Assembly: GCA_951406725.2 (NCBI GenBank)
Contig: OX597821.1
Location: 28,954,001 to 29,018,000, forward strand
Source: Octopus vulgaris
Lineage: Eukaryota
DNA: 64,000 nucleotides
Reading direction: 5' to 3'
In this document: positions 55,655 to 64,000 of the stretch, in pieces
Layout: every line of letters starts with the position of its first letter
Numbering within the stretch: the stretch's first letter is position 1
Notes under the pieces: model-generated
What the model was told of the DNA's origin: nothing
Databases searched by the model: none
Seen by the model: the letters and a program-made list of their open reading frames with translations, nothing else
Program-made: the position numbers and the translations under genes

Positions 55655-55938
55655 ATAGAATGGTTGTATACTGTCAATCTAACACGAACGTGACAGTAGG
55701 GGGATACACCACCGCTGTATAGCCCTAGGAAGCATCGACGCCTCCTGATGGCTTTGACACATTTTTTTCCCTTTGTCCTTATATACATTTACGAAGGGGA
55801 GACAATGTATATAAGGAAACTGGGAAAAAAATGTGTCAAAGCCATCAGGAGGCGTCGATGCTTCCTAGGGCTATACAACGGTGGTGTACCCCCCTACTGT
55901 CACGTTCGTGTTAGATTGACAGTATACAACCATTCTAT
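55655..55938. repeat. Near-perfect palindrome with ~135-bp arms
   Basis: 55655-55789 is the reverse complement of 55804-55938 with few mismatches; 14-nt spacer. Confidence 0.95.
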
Positions 55939-56601
55939 ATATATATATATCACATTTCTTTGCCTTTCTTACTCACTTTTCAATTCACTATGTCCCTGTC
56001 TCTCTCTTTTCTTCTCGCCACTCCTTGATTCTTCCGTCTATCTACTTCTACACACTCTCTCTCTTCTCCCCCTCCTTAATTCCTTTGTTCCTCTTTTTCT
56101 CTCTCTTCTCTTCTCACGTGACCGTTGGCCGACTGCTAGCCCTTTTGCGTCTGACCATGGTCAGTGCCACATCGATATTCTTCCCTCTGCCTTAAGGTTT
56201 CATTTCCACACACGCCAGCTGAATTCAATTCGTCCCCAGTCGAAAGACGCCTGTTGTTATGTCCTGTTATTATTATTATTATTGTTTTTTTGTATTATTT
56301 TTGTATTCATTTTCGTGTAACGTCTATTTTTCCGTCCTTGTTTTCGTATACATTCGATGCTTTCTTCCAAGAAATCTAATGCTCTTAGCTTAGTTTTTTC
56401 CTTGGGACTGGCCAGATTGGAGCAATCTCAAGATTAATCAGCCGAAATTGCGAGGATGATCCGGTTCTTGACTGAAGATAAAAGGCTTCAATGAACCATC
56501 CTTGTTTGTTTTTGTATCGTCTATCTGGATGTTTTGTTGTACCATTTTGTATCCCCTAGTTGTCCGGATGTTTTGCGTTCTTGTCCCATTTTGTATTATA
56601 T

Positions 56602-56638
<37 letters not shown>

Positions 56639-56719
56639 GTATATATAATATGGATATATATGCGATATGAATGTATGTGTGTGTTTGTGCGTAATTGCAG
56701 TTTGTGTGTGCGTCTGTGT

Positions 56720-56752
<33 letters not shown>

Positions 56753-57333
56753 ACCGTTTACGTGTTTGACATAACCAGCCTTTTAAAGACACTAATACCG
56801 TTTGAAAAAACGAAATTCAATTAACTAATGAATATAAGATTGGAAAAATGCACTGACCAAAATAAGTGCTGTTGATCTGACATTTGATTAATAAGCACTT
56901 CAAGACCATGTCCCAGCATGACCGGAGATCCAACGTAATATATATATCAATTAATCATACTTGTTCAAGCAACATCGATCTGAGTGGTGGGGAGTGAGCT
57001 AATATTCTCCTTAGACGTTTGATCCCTATAGACAAATCCTTTGTGCAGCTTGTTCACCAAGAAATTACAGAACCGTCTTCCTCTGACTATGAGAGATTAC
57101 CATGATATATATATATATCATGGTAATCTCTCATATATATATATATATCAACATAGGCAACAAGGACATCCAGAGATAGTGCAGTGTGATCGTTTCATGC
57201 GACTCCATTTCATTGAACAATGCAATCATTACATCAATTTAGAATGTAGGACAATCTTCAGCTGCACAAAACATAGAATTTAATTAAATTTGAAGGAAAC
57301 ATTAGTATAATTTTACCCAAAATCTCCAAGAGG

Positions 57334-57531
57334 ATAAGGAGATAGACAAAGAACATGTTTTGCCAACAACGTCACAGTTGTAACAGAAATTTTCTAAGAA
57401 GACACTGCTCTTTTCACTGAATATTTCTGTTATTTCAGAAATAATCAGTGAAAAGCAGTATCTTCTCTGAAAGAAAATTCAGTTACAACTGTGATGTCGT
57501 TGGCAAATCATGTTCTTTATCTATCTCCTAA
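57334..57531. repeat. Imperfect palindrome with ~95-bp arms
   Basis: AGGAGATAGACAAAGAACATG..TTTTCACTGAATATTTCTG|CAGAAATAATCAGTGAAAA..CATGTTCTTTATCTATCTCCT. Confidence 0.9.
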
Positions 57532-58044
57532 TCCTTTGCGTAGGTGGTATTCTAAACAGTAATAGTAGTAAAGTTAGGAAGGACGTTGCGAAGAGGAAGA
57601 AGACGAAGAAAAGAAGGAGACAGAGAAGGGAGAATAATAGAGGAATGGAGGTGGTATGATAGTAGTAGGATGTTGAATGGTCAAGTGACCTAAACGTGAC
57701 TCGTTGTGGATTATAGCAGTGATTGGGGCTGTTTTTTTTTATGAATTCTTTGGAATCTCTTGAGTGTATCATTTTTAATATTTGCGTGTGTGTTTGTGTT
57801 ATTCTAAGGCCGTTGTGGATATGTGGTTTGTTGTAGATGCGTTCAAAAGGGGTCTGTATTTTATAATATAGAAAGTCCCTTTACTACGACATGTAGCCAA
57901 CAATCGTGTTAAAGTAAAACCCTACGAACTGGGTGTGGTGTAAACCGAGGGATAATTCTGTATATAATATATATAGATACACTGTTAGATTGATAGAAAT
58001 GTGTATATGATTTCTGTATATATGTAGATGGATGTGCTAATTAG

Positions 58045-58261
58045 TATTGGTTTCAAATTTTGGCACGAGGTTATCAATTTTTGGAGAAGGGATTAAAGTC
58101 AATTAAATCGACCCAAGGCTCAACTGGTGCTTATTTTGTCAACCCCGAGAGGATGAAAAACAAAGTCAACCTCGGCAGAATTTGAACTCAGAACGTAAAG
58201 GTCGACGAAATGCTGCTAAGCATTTTGTTTGGCGCGGTAACGATTCAGCCTGCTCGCCGCC
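58045..58261 (-). mobile_element. SINE family B
   Basis: Reverse complement of family B; another copy (+) at 58741-58955. Confidence 0.85.
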
Positions 58262-58313
58262 TTTGAGCTAATTAATATTCGTTACAAATAAGGCAGGAGT
58301 GGCAGTGTGGTAA

Positions 58314-58478
58314 GGCGCAGGAGTGGCTGTGTGGTAAGTAGCTTGCTAACAAACCACATGGTTCCGGGTTCAGTCCCACTGCGTGGCATCTTGGGCAAGT
58401 GACTTCTGCTATAGCCCCGGGCCGACCAATGCCTTGTGAGTGGATTTGGTAGACGGAAACTGAAAGAAGCCTGTCGTA

Positions 58479-58529
<51 letters not shown>

Positions 58530-58740
58530 TTGTGTGTCTGTGTTTGTCTCCCTACCATTGCTTGACAACCGATGCTGGTGTGTTTACGTCCCCGTCACTT
58601 AGCGGTTTGGTAAAAGAGACCGATAGAATAAGTACTGGGCTTACAAAGAATAAGTCCCGGGGTCGATTTGCTCGACTAAAGGCGGTGCTCCAGCATGGCC
58701 GCAGTCAAATGACTGAAACAGGTAAAAGAGTAAAGAGTAA
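58314..58740 (+). mobile_element. SINE family A, full-length young copy
   Basis: Highly similar to 21457-21860; ~22-bp duplicated head at 58292-58313. Confidence 0.95.
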
Positions 58741-59469
58741 GGCAGCGAGCCGACTGAATCCGTTACCGCATTGAGCAAAATGCTAAGTGGTGTTTCGGTC
58801 GACTTTACACTCTGAGATCAAATTCTGCAGATGTCAACTTCACCTTTCATCCTTTCGGGGTCGATAAAACATGTACCAGTTGAGCATCAGGGCCGATCTA
58901 ATTCACTTAACTCCTCCCCGCGAAATTGCTGGCCTTGTGTTTGGATCTCAAACCAATATGCATTACAAATACTGCTTCTGCTGCTAATAGCTAATCTATA
59001 CACAGCTCGGCATTATTCTTCTACAGTATTCTTAATCTATACACAGCTCGCCAGTATTCTTCTACAGAGGTTTGACTGATTTTTCTGTCTAGTATATCCG
59101 CATTACGATGAAATCGCATGATAGAGTAATGTCATCCGCTTTGCTGACTAAATCTTGTCAAACGATATAGGATTTTGAAGGCTTTTAGCATTTGTCGTTA
59201 ATGCAGTTTTCGGGATGTTCACTGCAGTCTACGACGTTATAAACACCATGTCCAGGTTATGCTGGACGTGCCAATCAGTAAATATATCGATTTATATACA
59301 AAGCTAAGTTATCGACTCGTATGATAGACGATGAAGTAATTTGTATTAAAATTGATGTCTGTTTATGGCAGCTTATACAAGATATGTGAGCATATTTCAC
59401 TTCCACATACGCTCAAATACAAAGAAAAAGATATATACATATTTCCACATATTTGTTGGATGGCTGTTG

Positions 59470-61000
59470 ACTGGATAAGGCTACTGTTTGAGGAACTGGA
59501 TATAAAGACAGGACCCTTCGCCAAAGAGGAGTTTCAGAGAGCCAAGAAGATCAAGGATTACAAGGAGAAGATAGGGTAGCACCAGAGGTATTGAGGAGGT
59601 GTGATTTTGATGATATTGTCTTAGAGTTCTGTAACCAGGCACTGGAAAAAGTAGTTGCTTCAAATCAGTGGAGGAAGAGTAACATCGTCCCAGTGCCAAA
59701 GAAGGGAGATCCCTCTAACACCAGCAACTACAGGGGATTCTCACTGATGTCACTCGTGGCAAAGACCCTCAACAGAATGATTCTTAACAGGATCCAGCTT
59801 GACATGGAAAATCTCAGGGACAAACAGAAAGGCTTCAGAGAGGGAAGATTAACCACCAGTCACATCCTAATGCTGAGGAGGATATTAGAGGGAGCTAGAG
59901 CTAGAGCAAAGAGTCTCCCTGATGTCATGGTTTTCATTGACTTTGGGAAGTCTTTTGATTCTGTGGCCCGTCGCTGCCTGACGAAGATCTTACAGGCTTA
60001 TGGAATCCCCAAGAAAATAGTGGACCTGATATCACTGCTCTACACTAACACCAGAACCCAAGCAATTAGACCTGGCGGGATTACGGTGTTCTTTGAGATA
60101 CTGGCTGGAGTGCTTCAGGGACATACATTGGCTCTCTACCTTTTTATCATCGTGGTGGACTATTGTATGTGCCTTGCGCTGGAGAAGCACCAGGACTCTG
60201 GTTTTACGGTAGCGCCAGCTCAGAGCAGCAGGATCAAGGCTAAAAAGTTATCAGATACTGAATTTTCTGACAACCTAGTTCTAGCGGCAAACACAGTGAG
60301 AGAGGCAGAGGAGTTTATGCGGGAGGGGAAGACCTTGTCGAAGTGTGGGACTGAAATTGAATGAACTTCAGACCAAGTATCTGGTAAAGAGCATTAAGAA
60401 GCCAGAGAAGATTATGAATGTAGATGGGAAGCCACTAGAGTTGGGTGAGGACTTCCTGTATCTGAGAGCAAAGATTGGGAACACAGAGGATGATATAACT
60501 AAGAAGAAGAGAAAAGCATGGGCGGCATGCCACAGTCTGAGATCTGTATGGAAGTCGAGCCTTCGTAAAGACCTAAAGATCTGTCTCTTCATTACTGCAG
60601 TGGAGTCTGTGCTGTTGCACGGGTCTGAGACTTAGACACTGACCAAGAAATTCACTCAGTTAGTTGATGGGTGCAAGACGAGAATGCTAAGGATGGCTCT
60701 GAACATTAATCAGTATATACTGAGCATGAAGAACTCAGAGCTGTACGTGAGCCTACCAACAGTTAGCTCGAAAAATGACATAGAGAAGACAGAGGTTAGC
60801 TGGACATGCTCACCGACATTCAGAGTTGATACGGGACTCAGTGCTCCTGTGAGAGCGCCTACACGAACACACTAGAAGAGGGAGACTGAGGATGACACAT
60901 GTGGATGCCCTAAGGACAGACTTTTCTCTGGGAGACACAGGACATGACATCGATGATGATGGACAAAGACCGCTAGAAAGAACTCGTTCATGGATCTCGG
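59470..61000 (+). pseudogene. 5'-truncated RTE-clade LINE reverse transcriptase, decayed
   Basis: IVPVPKKGD..NYRG.SL, Q.GFREGR, FIDFGKSFDSV, GVLQG, catalytic box degraded to FSDN, C-terminal VWKS..LK..LF..VESVLLHGSE; stops and frameshifts across ORFs 59591-60364, 60345-60635 and 60684-60875. Confidence 0.92.
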
Positions 61001-61156
61001 GAATTTTACCTGCCCTATATATATATATGTGTGTGTGTGTCTGTGTGTTATATACATAAAACTCAAGCTTATATACGCATAAATATACACGAACACATAC
61101 ATACATACATACATATGCGTGTGTGTATGTAAGTATGTATATGTGTGTGTACGTAG

Positions 61157-61235
<79 letters not shown>

Positions 61236-61239
61236 ACAA

Positions 61240-61356
61240 AGAGTAAAATTAATTAATTAAAAAGTAATCAATAATTTCACCAAGTAGAATTCGGCATGAA
61301 AAAGGACCATTTCACGGTAAACTTAAGTAACACTTTATAATATTATATTATATAGC

Positions 61357-61395
<39 letters not shown>

Positions 61396-61515
61396 TTACA
61401 GGACTAGTACTGTTTCATTCAAGAGAAATCTTCAGGAAGCTCTGAAGATTTCTCTTGAATGAAACAGTACTAGTCCTGTAGAAGCTCCTTCTATATAATA
61501 AATTAATTTTACTCT
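61240..61515. mobile_element. TIR-bounded element containing a perfect 39-bp-arm palindrome of a hammerhead-like core
   Basis: Outer IR AGAGTAAAATTAATT / AATTAATTTTACTCT; inner palindrome 61397-61480. Confidence 0.7.
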
Positions 61516-61569
61516 GCTATGTATTGAGTACCTTACTTACTGTGGTTAACCCCGAATCAACCCGGGACC

Positions 61570-61617
<48 letters not shown>

Positions 61618-62279
61618 GAGAGAGGGAGAGAAGGATGAGGAGAGACGGGCATGAAAGTATATACGTGTGTGCGTGTGTGTGTGTGTGTGTGTACATAAGT
61701 GAACATGTGTGAAGGCTTCTATAAGCATGCATCGGTGTACGTTTAGACGTTATGCGTGAGAGTCACAGCGAGAACTTATCTCTCTGCCTTTGTTTCGGGC
61801 ACTGATTCACTATAAACTTCTAAGACAAGTATGCAACACTTAATTACTAAATCTTGTAAATATATATCCTTTGGTCGAGAGAATTATTCTGAGAAAGGAA
61901 GTCCAGTTAATTGTTTGCAAAATTTAAATATGTTACGTCTTAGAATCAGTTCAACTTCTGATTTGCAGCTGGTTCATTAACTTGTGCTTATTTATATGTA
62001 ATTGTCTCACAAACATGCAATAAAATGGGATTGACCTTATTTTTTTATTGTTATTTTCCCTTTAGTAGGTTATTTTTAAAGCTTGATATAGACGCTAAAA
62101 AATGCCCTGTGAAAGGCTGTATCAGTGCAAAATGAATTGAATGTGATTCACACAGAAACTTTTCTTAGCACATTATAATGAATCTTAAAAGCAAAAAGAA
62201 AACGAAAAAGAAAATGAAAGAAAAATGAAGCAGATTTTTCACACCTATAAGTAGTTATTTTTTCTTTCAATCTTTTTAC

Positions 62280-62432
62280 CTTTAACTTAATTCAGTCATT
62301 CGACAGTGGCCATGTTGGGGCACCGCCAAACGTCTGGGATTTATTTTCTCGGATTATTTTTGCTGAACCACATAATAATGGAGACTATGTGCCCGAGAAG
62401 CAAACTTCTTACTACACAGCCACGCTTTCGCC
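62280..62432 (-). mobile_element. SINE family A remnants
   Basis: Tail CAGTGGCCATGTTGGGGCACCGCC and head CTTACTACACAGCCAC; another tail at about 63755-63810. Confidence 0.7.
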
Positions 62433-62605
62433 TATACTAGTGATATGCACGTATATGTTCGTGGTTATATATTTAATCGACTAAGAAAGCATAGAAGACG
62501 GTCGTACTAGGCATGATTCGAACTCATGATATACTGGGATGTAATTACTTCACCGACTCTATGCCAAAGTGTATCAGTGAGTATGTGTGTGTCTGTGTGT
62601 TTGTG

Positions 62606-62636
<31 letters not shown>

Positions 62637-63338
62637 TTGTGTGTGTGTTTGTGTGTGTATGTTCTGATTGAGAATGTGTGCGTGTAATGTGATTTGAGCA
62701 AAAATTGGTTACTACTTCTTGCATTACGAACTGCTCTCTATTGTATTGATATTCCCTCGATGTCTCGTCCCCTTTCAGGTTGATCTAATAACTGCTAGCA
62801 ATAAGCATAAAGTAGACTAGATTTAATAAACTATGCAACACATCAAAAGTGTTTCCTAGAGAGAAAACTTTCTAATTTACGCCGACGAGACAAAATAGTA
62901 ACTTTCGTCGTAACGCAGTTGATGTATAATTTAATTAATTACATCAATCAGAAAACGTTAATGTAATGAGTGTATTAAGGGGGTGGCGAGATACCTAACT
63001 GTGTCTATGTGTGTATGTGCGTATGTATGATGTGTGTGTGTATTTGTGTGCATTGTACGCATAAATGTCTTGGTGTGGTACTTGTAGATCGTTGAGTTTG
63101 GTGTATCTTCCAAAATGTTACGAGATTATGATTATTGTATAAATATTTGCGACGTTAATGCGCTTAACTTAAAAGTATAAACGTCACACGATCTCATTTC
63201 TAAATTTATTAGAAACCAATGTGAACATTTTATATATAATGTTATTATACATACAAATACGCACAAGCGCGCGTACATATATAAAGATCTAGGTGTGTAT
63301 GTGTATACATATACATATATTTACGCACAAACATATAC

Positions 63339-63379
<41 letters not shown>

Positions 63380-63400
63380 AAATTATATATATATATACAC

Positions 63401-63453
<53 letters not shown>

Positions 63454-63679
63454 AAATTATATATATATGTAGGCTTCACACGATATATATTCTAATATGT
63501 AAAACATGTTGTGTTAGTGTGTGTGTGTGTTTTCAAATAAGAATTTGTAATTGGAAAGGAAGCTACTAAGAAGGAGCCATTAATCACTTTCTTATCACTT
63601 GACTAATTCATTATATATTCACACAATGCGCGCGACCGCACACACAGACATATACACATATATGCATACATACATACAT

Positions 63680-63726
<47 letters not shown>

Positions 63727-64000
63727 CATCGATATATATATATATTCTTTCCTTTTATTGTTTTACTTGTTTCAGTCAGTTGACTGCGGCCATACTAGAA
63801 GGGTTTTAGTTGAACAAATCTATCAAAAATTTGAATCGGTCGAAATTTACCAACATGCTGTTCAGGTGTTCAAACAAATGAACAACCAAACTCATTGAAT
63901 TTCCTCATTTATGGTTGTATATTCCACATGAGCCCCTATTGTAATTACCGGGCCGAATTAAGGTGGTGGTGTGTCTATGTTTGGATACTTAGAGCGGAAT

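Noticed and set aside
57700-57970. Possible second GIY-YIG remnant on the minus strand next to the 57334 palindrome
   Set aside because: Only vague motif similarity (IIYRI, TQILK..IKKNSP); too decayed to call without tblastn
59591-60364. Intact or domesticated reverse transcriptase
   Set aside because: Catalytic YADD box reads FSDN; frameshifts and stops on both sides; 5' truncated

Overview
AT-rich, extremely repeat-dense animal DNA. The SINE families, the (TA)n/(TACA)n/(GATA)n/(AAT)n load and the TE mix point to an octopus/cephalopod intron or intergenic region (inference; no search was run). I recognise no host protein-coding exon. Most long ORFs in the track are microsatellite translations. 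The window holds dozens of tRNA-headed SINE copies of at least 4 families and decayed coding remnants of an RTE LINE, an L1/Tx1 endonuclease, R4/Dong-type restriction-like endonuclease ends, two Helitron RepHel segments and Penelope-like (PLE) GIY-YIG pieces. It also holds non-autonomous Helitrons, mariner- and hAT-like MITEs, and a MITE with an 8-bp TSD that carries TTAGGG repeats. The most notable unannotated signal is about a dozen minimal type I hammerhead-ribozyme (HHR) motifs from several unrelated sequence families. Two have a complete catalytic core (23764-23813 and 38588-38640, minus strand), one has a ~100-nt stem II, and one is duplicated as a perfect palindrome. They occur alongside a set of long DNA palindromes sitting in (TA)n tracts. 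Boundaries of degenerate repeats were read by eye and are approximate.
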